This document shows, piece by piece, positions 52,908-64,000 of a DNA stretch of 64,000 nucleotides (positions are counted from its first letter, which is position 1; each line of letters begins with the position of its first letter). The DNA comes from Octopus bimaculoides (Eukaryota). Under the pieces are notes generated by a model, which saw only the letters and a program-made list of their open reading frames with translations, made no database searches and was not told the origin of the DNA. Where the stretch lies: positions 94,169,992-94,233,991 of the forward strand of contig NC_068989.1 in the NCBI RefSeq assembly GCF_001194135.2, given 5' to 3'. The position numbers and the translations under genes are program-made.

Positions 52908-53379
52908 CTTGCATATCATAAGAATAAAGGAGAGTTAGGAATTCCAAAAATAATTTATCATTTTTCTGTTGGTTGCTTCAACAATCCAGGCATTCTAAGA
53001 GACGTTTATCTATGTGCATATGTGTGTGTGTGTGTCACTATAGTGACGTTTCTGATTTAGCGATCATTCTAACACGCTTATAACTGCTTCTGGTAGCTGT
53101 CAGAGAGATGATATCTTTAAACAGAAAGAAAGTCATTTGCAAGCTAAATATCTATTGGGATATGCATTTCTGTTGAAAAATGTTCATCTCGAAGACAGTT
53201 GAAAACTTTAAACGAATTATCCTTGTCAAAGATCTTACAATTTGTAATGTCATTAGGGTGATAATGCAACTTGGTCTTTTACTGTAATCCAGCGAACCAA
53301 ACAAAGAGCGAAAAACACTGCTTGCATTTTCGATGTAAATATCTTAAAGCTAAATATTGTACATCAAAAACGCGACGCG

Positions 53380-53590
53380 GGCTGGGAGAATCGTCAGCCT
53401 GGTGGGGAAAATGCTCAGCAGCATTTCGTTCGTCTTCACGTTCTCAGTTCAAATTCTATGAAGATGAACTTTGTCTTTCCGTCTTTCCGTCTTTCGGGGT
53501 GGATAAATATATACCAGTCGAGTACTGGGGTCAATGTAAGCGACTTCTCTTTACCAGAAATTGCAGGCCACGTGCCAAAATCTGAAACCA
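53380..53590 (+). mobile_element. CORE-type SINE, decayed
   Basis: gcgggctgggagaatcg...gaaaatgctcagcagcatttcg...cgttctcagttcaaattc...ctttcggggtggataaa...ggccacgtgccaaaatctgaaaccaa. Confidence 0.7.
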
Positions 53591-53796
53591 ATATTATATA
53601 TATCAATAAATATACACACAGAAGCATAATATATCCGTATTCACACACATGTAATAAAATCAGTAAAATCGATACATATATATTTTATTTTACGGGGGAG
53701 GGAGAGGTGTGTGTGTGTATGTATGTATGTGTGTGGACGAGTGCGTGCATGAGTTTTATGCATGTACATACGCGCGCGCACACACACACACACACA

Positions 53797-53828
<32 letters not shown>

Positions 53829-56727
53829 AAACATGAATCAATCATCATACCGAACAATTGCACAACGATTCGTCTTGCATAAAACATTGATTATTTTCTA
53901 TGAACAATCCATGATTGGGAAAGTAAAACTTCGTAAAGTCCTACCTATCTATTATACAATGGAAGCTGAAAGACATTCTTATACAATTAAGTGCTGTATT
54001 GTATCGCTAGAAATATGGACGTGAAAGGTATTTAATACAATAGACAACCATGTATGCATTTGTAAATGTTTTATTTTTTCCTGATAATTAAATATCAATG
54101 ACACTTTAACCCTCAACTGCAATTATGAATAAACGTAAGTAGATGCCTATAAATAGTTATTTGAATGCATATTTTTATGTTTTCAGAAATATTGCTCATC
54201 TATTGTCATGAATTACAGAAGTAATTTTTTTATGTTTCATCGCATAGTATAATTAAACTCTAATTAGGAAGATATGCTAAGATTGGATTCGTCAGTCATA
54301 ATGAAAACGTATTACGTCTCGCAAGAAATATCAGTTTTAAATATTCTACCGAAATTTGTTAATTAAAAAATATTGTTGCCATGCTGATATTCAAGAGAAC
54401 AGTAATTTGTTAAATTAGTCTAACAGCATAAGTATATAAGCTACCAGGAAACAAGAATTTCATTGAATATCCCAGAATAGATAATATTCGACCACACACT
54501 ACTGAACATACATATACACGTACGCTTTCACAGACATACATAGACACTCAAATATATCTTTGCATGCATATGTGTATATTTTTTGCTTTTATTCATTAGA
54601 TATTTTCTGATTTAAACATTAAATTCATCCAAGATATGTTTTATGGGAAAAATTGATATAATAAATCATGCCGTATGAAATTAGTTGGAGAACACGAGGA
54701 AGACTAATTTCTGATTCACCCTACTTTATGCCGTTGCATTCTTTATGCATGGGCGATTCTTTGGAATACCGGAGCAACGACTCGTAGTTTTTTATTATGG
54801 TTCATTATCTTCGGAGTATCACTAGTGTAAATCGTGCCGTGATCTACTTTATTTTTCATTTGTCTGGGGTCGAGATAAACATGTACCAGGCAAATGCTGG
54901 GGTCAATGTAATTAACGCATTGCCTTTATGTAATGAATCAATGTAAATAAAATCCAGTGGAAGTTAACTACTATGTCTTGAAATCATATCAAAATACAAC
55001 AACATTGTTTCTGACTTATGGTGCATCTTGTTGAAATATATACAATGTCAGCGTGAAAACAAGGGTGAGGTCTGGGAAATGGTGCATTCATGAATATTGA
55101 AATATGATTTAGGTTTGATAAAATAGGTTTGCATAGCGACGATGGATTCACTGTTTTATGTAATACGAATGATGATAAATGTGATAGGATAAGAATATTT
55201 GAGTTCTTTTGAAGAGTTCAAAGAAATTTTCTATGAAGTATCAATTGTTTTGAGCAGGTTGTAAACAACGCGTTAAAACACAGAAACAATTCGATATTCA
55301 TATTTACTTAGAAAATCCTTTACGCAGGTTAGGTATCAAACATTTTCCAAAGGGTGACTTTTTAAAAGACTATATCATTCAAATCAAATCTACGGATAAT
55401 GAATATTTCGATTGGGTATCGTACATCTACGCAAATTATAGCTGTATTTGGGGTTAATTAAAAGTGTACAGTTTGATTGGTATCAAGAAACATACAACAT
55501 AAACATAACTGTTTCTGATTTGCATGGATATCAGAATAATTAATAACGGAACATAATTCGATGAGACAAAATAATAGCGTTTGAAAATTACTATTTTTAA
55601 ATCTCACAACGAAAGATATTCAGCAACAGGACTTTCGAGTAAAGATTGTTTGCCAACATAACAGGTTTTGAGCCGGGTGGGGTTGCTAGATTCCCTTGTT
55701 CGAAAATATAAGGACACAGATCGTGTCGTATAGCTAGTTTGAGACGATGTCTCCTGGGGCTAAATTACAGCAACGTTCGTCCTAAACCAGGACTGCCATG
55801 TTATGCTGGCAAACAGTCTTTACTCCAAAATAATAGCGTATTAAAATATCTATCGACATCAAAATAAGCGTTCTAATGTAATAGTTTAAGCAATTTCCTC
55901 CCAACAGTAAGAGTTTAATAATAAGCAGTTGCCTAAGCTGGTATCATGAAAATTACATCAAGCTATGGGAAGCACGACAATCATACAATATTAGTGAAAT
56001 TACTATTGAAAGAAGTTCTTCCCAACGTGCCATCCTATACAGAAATAAAATAGGTGGCATTTGCGGAGACTTTCTTTGTATATCGAAAAACACTGATTTT
56101 CACCCCTACCAGTTTCCTCTGGAATTGTAGAAGTTTTGAACAGTCGTATAATCCATAATTTCAGAATCAGTTAGAAGAGAACACACATGAACTATTTCGT
56201 TACTGCTTCCCCGACTTTTAATTTTACTGCTTTACGGTCAATATTTACAAGCTTGTAATACAATGGTTTAATACAGATATAAAGGTTCTTTTAAATATTG
56301 CCTTTGAGTTTCTTAAACTTTACGTCGAAATATTATCATTTAACTCGGGTTTCTTTCCCCTTACTTGAGTGCTAGTTTAATATTTGCATTAATTTAAAAG
56401 GTTGTCTATATTAAAGCAGACATGTAAGTAATTCATTACTTATGAAATATAATAAAATAGATTACCTTTGCATGTTTTAATTTGTGAAACAATCGTTGTG
56501 ATATAAGAATTTCAAATGGTTAAATAAATTTTATCATATTTCTCTCATCATTTATAAACTGATACACTTCTTATGATTTTCTCTTGAAGCATACTATACG
56601 TTCTAATAGTTTGTAGAATAATACATTTACGTGCATTACTTGAATCTATATAGTGAATTAAACACACACGCATTTCGATTTACATGGAATAGACATATAG
56701 ATAGATGAGATACATTTATGAAGATAA

Positions 56728-56933
56728 GGCGACGAGCTGGAATAAAGGTTAGCACGCCGGGCGAAATGCTTAGCGGTATTTCGTTTGTCTCTACGTTCTG
56801 AGTTCAAATTCCGTGGAAGTCAACATTTCCTTTCGGGGTCGATAAATTAAGTACCATTTGCGTACTGGGGTCGATCTAATCGACTGGCCCCCTCCCAAAA
56901 AGTTTCGGGCCTTGTTCCTAGAGTTGAAAAGAT
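56728..56933 (+). mobile_element. CORE-type tRNA SINE, well preserved
   Basis: ggcgacgagctgg..gttagcacgccgggcgaaatgcttagcggtatttcg..gttctgagttcaaattccg..cctttcggggtcgataaattaagtacc..ggccttgttcctagagttgaaaaga. Confidence 0.9.
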
Positions 56934-56998
56934 ATATTTATGAATATATATGTGTGTGTACGGCCTTTTAACTTGTGTTCTTTTTATTTTAGATTTGC

Positions 56999-57065
<67 letters not shown>

Positions 57066-58184
57066 ACAGTTATTGTGCAGTTTATGAAAACAGTATAAGC
57101 GTACTAGTGATGTTAATGAAACATTATTCAGAAATCCCCGGCCGTATTGCGCTTCACCTGTGGCGGTTTATTATTAAAACTTATGTCGATTCTTTGTGGT
57201 GTTGTTTTGCAGTTATAATAAAATAAATATGTACATATTATAAAAATAATAGTGTTTCTACTTTGCGGATTTTGACCTATCGCGAGGGGTGGAACATAAC
57301 ACCTGCGATAGTCGACGAATTACTGTAATTATATTTCTGAGCAAATAATGGGTTAATATAGCATTAAATGCAGGAGGAAGGCTTCTTTTAGATCTGCTGG
57401 TTCACTCTTGAGTTTCTTATTACTCACCTACCTACCTACCTACCTCCCTGTGAATATATATGTTTGTGTGTATATACACATTTGCGTATGGAGGAAAGTA
57501 AGTAGGTAGGTAGGTAGGTACGTACGTACGTACGTACGTACGTAGGTAGGTAGTAAGAAACTCAAGGAAGCCTCCTCCTGGTTTTGTGTGACGTAAATAT
57601 TTTGATTCTTTATTTTCACTGTAATGCATTACGTATTTATGAACATAAATATTACCAGCATATTAAATATTTATCGTTGTTGATGTATAAAATCATCTCG
57701 GATATATTATTCTCAGTATATTTGATAAACATCTGCAACGAACACGTAATGAATTAAAGAACAAACAAATAATAATTCAATTATCCGTTGCTGTATTGGG
57801 AGCAGAATGAGATTACATTGAGTACTGGGTAGTTTACTCATTATTTAGAATATAGATAAATTCAAGTGAGCCTTTATTTAATAAGCCTAAAAGTACGTGA
57901 ATATTAATGAGCCTTAGTACTTGCAAAACTGGGAGGAAAATGCCGGACAAAATGCCTTAGTGTATTTGGTACGTACTTTTAGGTTTGTCTGAATATGCAA
58001 CTGAGTTTGACTGTCTCTTTCTGGAGTGGTGAAATAATTTAAATTTAATTAGGCGGGGGCGAAATGAACGAGAGACAACATCCACAAAATGTGACATTGG
58101 GAATGTATAACAGGTGATGCTCCAGTATGGCTGCAGTCAATTGACTGAAAGGAGTAAAAGATTAAAAAAATAGAATATACATAT

Positions 58185-58345
58185 ATAAATTGGAATTTAC
58201 AAAAAAAAAAGACGAAGACGGATGTGTAAACAACAAACAGATGTATTAGTTTAACGCTCGGGAAGTGAGAAAGTCTTTTACATTTCGAGCCTATGCTCTT
58301 CGACAGAAAGGAACACAGAAATAAAGCGAGAGAGAAATTAAGGAA
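58185..58345 (-). mobile_element. PLE-type 3' tail, family B
   Basis: Minus strand cttt ctgtcga a gagc atag gctc gaaat gta aaag (58275-58310), then aaactaatacatctgtttg...gtcttcgtc. Confidence 0.7.
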
Positions 58346-58374
58346 AGGTTTAGTGGCTAGCGATCAATCATGGC

Positions 58375-58411
<37 letters not shown>

Positions 58412-60074
58412 NNNNNNNNNNNNNNNNNNNNNNNNNNNNNNNNNNNNNNNNNNNNNNNNNNNNNNNNNNNNNNNNNNNNNNNNNNNNNNNNNNNNNNNNN
58501 NNNNNNNNNNNNNNNNNNNNNNNNNNNNNNNNNNNNNNNNNNNNNNNNNNNNNNNNNNNNNNNNNNNNNNNNNNNNNNNNNNNNNNTATATATATGAGAG
58601 AGGGGATATGTGCAGTTTTCGTGTGGATGACTCAGACTTATAGGCATGCGTTCCGAGCGCTTTTGAGCTTCTGATCAACGAATGACTTGTGAGCGAATTT
58701 GGTGGGCAGAAATTACGTGGAATGCCGAGGTATACAGATATGTGCGTGCGAGTGTGTATGTGTGCGTGTGCGCATGCGTGCAGGTGCGCGCGTGCATGTG
58801 GGTGCGCGTGTTCGTCCGTGTGTGTATCAATATATATTCCTAGGCAATGGCAGACTAGCCAGGTTGCTAACTTGCCGGATGGCAAGTGAGCCCCTGCGCC
58901 ACTAGAATCCATATATGGTGGACCATGTTAGTATCTAAGGAGCCCATATCCTCGAGTCTGAGAATGTTTCATTCATTAATTATTTCAGCCTGGCTGTATT
59001 TGCAGACAATTGAAAAGAATACTTTTTAAAAAAATAATTTATAGCATCATAGTTGCGGGTGGGCCTCCTTATAGTTGCGGTTGAGCCCCCTTGGTCTCCT
59101 GGCGACCAATATTTTTAGACCCATTCCCCACTGTTCCTCGGCATTCCACGCAATTTCTGCCCACCAAATTCACTCGCAAATCACTCATCGATCGGGAGTT
59201 TAAGAGACTTGACCAAATTGTCGTTCATTGGGTGCGAAACCGAAACCACGTAGTTACAAACCACGATCTTCTTAACGACACAACGACGCCTGTGCCTCGA
59301 CACCGAACACAACTTTTCATTAATGCATATGAAGCAAATTAAAATTTTTCTGAAAGTCAATTTCGTATTCGTTTTATGCATTAAAATTCCAAGAAGGTAA
59401 AATATGCGTTCCTTGTTGTTTTAAATGGGTTCCTTGTTGTTAAGATAAATTACTTTAATGAAATAGGACCAACGATCAGCTCACGTCAATCTGCTTTTGA
59501 AATGATTTGCAGCATAGGAAAATTTCTTGGAACAACAATATTTCGATGATTGCCCACACAAATTAGTGATTATTTATTGGGAGGAATAAAGAGTTATGAA
59601 AATAACTATGTATGATCGTTAATATGGAGATCTTCGTGGATTCCATTAGATAAATCGGAATAAAATATGAAACGTAACCGCATAAAGCTATTGAATTTAC
59701 GACACTACATACGAATGGAACAATGAAAATGATAAGTGGAGATTTGAACTAAGGAAATCATACAAGGGAAGGAAATACACAGGAAGTCTCAATCAGAAAT
59801 CAATATGCCATTCATACGCACGTACACTAGTTAACCAAGTTTCATTCAAGCAGATAATTTTAGGATGGATCTTAAAAGTCGATGTGTGTACATGTAAAAT
59901 GTCATCCTTCGAAAACCCTCAGCTGACAATAATGGAACCAGTGCGCAGTGGTCTAGAGTTACCTTTTAATAAAGCAACATTTCTATGTGCATTCTATACA
60001 TAAAAACACACGCTCAGGGACGCATAAGAATACATCTTCCAAGATATAAATAGATTGGAAACAACTGTGGCTAG

Positions 60075-60625
60075 GATGTCCTCCGACACTCCTTAAAGTC
60101 CTGGGACTCCCGAATGAGGCCTCCATTAGATTCAGTTGAAATTTATATGCTTTTATACCGAAGAAATACGAGGTACCCAATGCAGAAGCCTGCCTCGTAT
60201 TTCCCAATAATATTTTCTCTGTTCAGGTAACACAAGATCCGCTGGTCGGGTCACGTCCACCGTATGGATGTGAGTGAGCCAGCGAGTAACCAAAAACGTT
60301 TTCTATAGAGAAATGTCACTTGGCAGGAGTGACACAGATTTACTGCAGCTGCACTTTAAGAATATCTACAACTGGCAAGGTGTCATATCTGACCATTTTA
60401 AATAGAGAAGCAGCCTGTCCAAGTGAAGATCAATCAGGAGAAAGAAAACTGATGGATGTAACGGAAGACAGGCGAATTCACTGCGAATAAGAAAGAATAT
60501 TGCTTCTTGCCACAGGTATGGGTTGTGTGGCACTGACTGCCATTCATGCATCGGGCTTTTCGGCCAGACAAGGATGTTGAGGGTCATTAATGACAGCCGG
60601 TGCCCACTACTAGATTTATCTGTCC
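60075..60625 (+). mobile_element. RTE-clade LINE, 3' end of ORF2, decayed
   Basis: Frameshifted pieces EVPNAE / IFSLFR*HKIRWSGHVHRMD / KNVFYREMSLGR...LQLHFKN / RRKK / CGTDCHSCIGLFGQTR match the RTE C-terminus (RLRWLGHV.RM, LLYGEL..G.R, C.RDCHSRIGL.SH.R). Confidence 0.7.
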
Positions 60626-61394
60626 GTCTTTTTACCCAGATCAAAGTGTAACATAAGGGATGTATATGTAGAGGTTTGTTGAAAAGTGCTGATAATAAAT
60701 CAACGAGCAATCCTACAAGTAACATATGCCACATAAAAAGAATGAACTTTTAAGTCGACTCCATTGTATAAGAGTGAAAGTTGACTTACATTATGCACAC
60801 TAACAATGATTCATTTAATATGATGGTTCGGAGACCTCTGCAGTTATTCTTTGAGTATTTTCATACCCTATGAATGTTAAAAGATAATTTATCAATGAAG
60901 ATTGTTAGATCTAGGCTTATATTGTGACGGAATTCTTAAATCATTTATCAACTGACTCCAGCATAGCTTACAATTGCTTTCATATTTCCAATCTGATAAG
61001 TGGCAATTTCATTGCTATAATGATATTTTAGCTGAATGTCCTTGAGTGACTATTAGATAAAGAGTTTTAAGCTCTATAGCTGTGGTCATTCGAGAGAATA
61101 AATCGATAGCAGTTTCATTTTCGTTACATAGGTGATCAAAATTGCTAATGATCAATTCGCTTATTATTCATGCAGTGACGTTTCAAATATCCCAGAGATT
61201 AGTTCTTTTTTATCTTTTGATACGCTGTCTAGTTTGAAGTAGAAATAGTTCGCCGTTGCTTCTCAATGTACACGCTAAATGTATACAACTCATCCATCGT
61301 CAACAAAGCAGATATAAAGCAAAATAATACTGTAAAAATCAAATTCTAAAAACATCGTATGTCATGTGAATAGATTAAATAGTTTTTATGCTCA

Positions 61395-61435
<41 letters not shown>

Positions 61436-63543
61436 AAATTGTGCAAACCAAATACAAAAACTATATAAATATATATATGTGTGTGTGTGTGTAAATATGT
61501 ATATATATTGTGTGTGCGTGTGAAAGCGGGTGATCTAGTGGTTATAGGGTTGCACTCACCATCGCTAGATCGTGTGTTCCATTCCTGGACTGAGTGGTAC
61601 AATGAGTAAAACACTACGTTTCAAATTTTGTCAATACATTCAGCTGTAAATGGGATAGCTCTTAGACAGACAAGTCTTCCGAACATGGGTAATGTTAGCC
61701 TGTTTACCTAGTCTTTGGGTCGCATCGTTTGAAAGCAAAATGAAATGACGTGTATTGTGACTAGCGAAGTATATCGACATCCGATCCAATTGCCTGGTCT
61801 ATCTCGTGAATATATATATATATATATATATATANNNNNNNNNNNNNNNNNNNNNNNNNNNNNNNNNNNNNNNNNNNNNNNNNNNNNNNNNNNNNNNNNN
61901 NNNNNNNNNNNNNNNNNNNNNNNNNNNNNNNNNNNNNNNNNNNNNNNNNNNNNNNNNNNNNNNNNNNNNNNNNNNNNNNNNNNNNNNNNNNNNNNNNNNN
62001 NNNNNNNNNNNNNNNNNNNNNNNNNNNNNNNNNNNNNNNNNNNNNNNNNNNNNNNNNNNNNNNNNNNNNNNNNNNNNNNNNNNNNNNNNNNNNNNNNNNN
62101 NNNNNNNNNNNNNNNNNNNNNNATATATATATATATATATATATATATAACTTCTACTACCTCTCAGTAGTCAACCCATTCCTCTCTAGCACTGTCTGTA
62201 ACCAAATTCAACCACTCCTTTCTCCTTCACCCACCACCACTTTTACAACGTCGACTCTTCTAAACTCAACTACAACTATTTCTACTACTTCTAGTGACCA
62301 ACCTCAACAACTCCGTCATTGTCCCCCCTCAATCTCAATTACCCCAATGTCATCAAAGTCCAACAAATTTATATCTAAAGATTCTTACTCTTAAAAATTC
62401 TCACACGTCTAAAATGAAATCCAAAAATACGCCACCATTCTTTACGTTCTCACACAGAAGGAGATCCCTCACTTTGTGTATGTATACATATTATGCTATG
62501 CACCGATTTGACGGCAATTCCCCTTCTCTCCAGATCTTACAGCAGAGGTTTTGGCGTATTGTTACGTAACTCTCTCCTTTACACTAGAGTTCAATCGGTG
62601 CTGCATCTAGACCTAACGCTCTCCCGCTTTTTTTAGCCCCTTCTAGCTCACGTCTTAGTTTTTTGCCCTCTCTTCTTAGCGGTGTATATCGGTCTCTTTT
62701 GCCGATAGAATATTTATCCTAGGGTCGACATAAACATGATAGCATGTTGTCTATGAATTAATAAAATAAAACCCGTCATTAATCTTCTATATATTTGCTA
62801 TACAATTATAAAGTTTCTTTAAATGGCATTCAACTCAGAAATAGATAAGTTATCAATTGCATTCATTCTTTCATTTATTTACTAATTTTCGTTTGATTAC
62901 AATCATCATCTATCAAACTTAACTGAAAGTTGCAAGATACAAACAACTGTTAAAACAATTGTTGCACTTGCTATAAAATAAATGGTTCTCACGTGTTATA
63001 CACGATGTTATCCACGCCATTTTTCACAACCGTTTCTTTGACGTAGTTGAAACGTACTGCATAGATATCAGTAATGTATAACGCTTGGCGCAGAAGTGAA
63101 AATTACATTATATATATTATCGAATGTGACATATCATTCATTATTCATAGAGAATGGCTTATTCTCCAACAGCTGCTTCACTGAAAAGTGAAGTGACAAA
63201 GATAAAATTTAAGCAGACGCCTCCAACATGGTCATGTATAGACATATACACATGCAAAGAGTTATATATCATCATTCTTATAAATATGTATATATATAGA
63301 TATATACATATGTATTCGCCTTGGTTCGTTGCTGTATGAATGAATTTATACACTGTATTACACAAGTTAGCAATCATTCTGAGAATGGAGAGGATGAATG
63401 AGACACATTGGATAAACCTTAATATAATATAAACATTGACAAGGAGGAACCTACTGACAATACGAACGAAGCAGAAAGTAAATGCAACTTAAATGCAGAG
63501 GCACGAAGAAGGCAGGGGACGTTTGTGGTTTGAGTTAGTGTAT

Positions 63544-63950
63544 TCTTTTAGTCTTTTACTTGTTTCAGTCATTTGACTGCGGCCATGCTGGAGCACCGCC
63601 TTTCGTCGACCAAATCGATCCCCAGGATTTATACTTTGTAAGCCTAGTACTTATTCTATCGGTCTCTTTTGACGAACTGCTAGTTTATGGGGACGTAAGC
63701 ATACCAGCATCAGTTGTCAAGTGGTGTTGGGGCACAAACAGACACAGATATACACACATACATACCCACATACATACATACATACAGATATATATGCGAC
63801 GGGTTCCATTCAGTTTCCGTCATCAAATCAACTCACAAGGCTTTGGTGGGTCCGAGGCTATAGTAGAAGACACTTGCCCAAGGTGTCACGCACAGGGACT
63901 GAATCCGGAACCATGTGGTTGGTAAGCAAGCTACTAACCACACAACCACT
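63544..63950 (-). mobile_element. SINE family 2, full length (tRNA-like head, internal CA/TA microsatellite, 3' half ending gtaaaagactaaaaga)
   Basis: Head at about 63800-63950, microsatellite at about 63740-63800 and 3' half at 63544-63740 are colinear on the minus strand, showing that the separately seen halves belong to one element. Confidence 0.85.
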
Positions 63951-64000
63951 TGTGCGCGTATACTCGAAATCTTTAAAATATTTTTTTAACGTATAATATA

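Noticed and set aside
60227-60269. Apparent plus-strand exon with good AG and GTGAGT signals
   Set aside because: It lies inside the RTE remnant; another frame gives RWSGHVHRMD.
60366-60734. 122-aa minus-strand ORF
   Set aside because: Largely antisense to the RTE ORF2 remnant; no independent coding signal.

Overview
AT-rich eukaryotic (non-prokaryotic) scaffold DNA with about 13 N-gaps and extremely dense (TA)n/(CA)n/(GA)n microsatellites. The repeat landscape (CORE-type tRNA SINEs, a second SINE with an internal microsatellite, TTAGGG-type telomeric units) is the one I associate with cephalopod genomes, most likely Octopus; that assignment is inference. No long host ORF is present. Most ORF-track entries are microsatellite or N-gap artefacts ([15 protein letters not shown]). 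Supportable content: many SINE copies; two mariner remnants, one with both TIRs and an internal inversion; a 548-bp GG..CC-terminated MITE with an 8-bp TSD (Merlin-like) whose centre is a head-to-head (CCCTAA)n/(TTAGGG)n palindrome, plus a truncated second copy; a 401-bp fold-back TA-MITE; an RTE LINE 3' fragment; and a striking number of Penelope-like element (PLE) 3' ends. The PLE ends include a GIY-YIG endonuclease remnant and several type-I hammerhead ribozyme motifs, and they lie immediately next to microsatellites. The best hammerhead (17081-17152) has all three stems, a palindromic stem III and a GUC site. A few isolated candidate host exons are listed at low confidence; no gene could be named. 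Boundaries of decayed repeats are approximate, read by eye.
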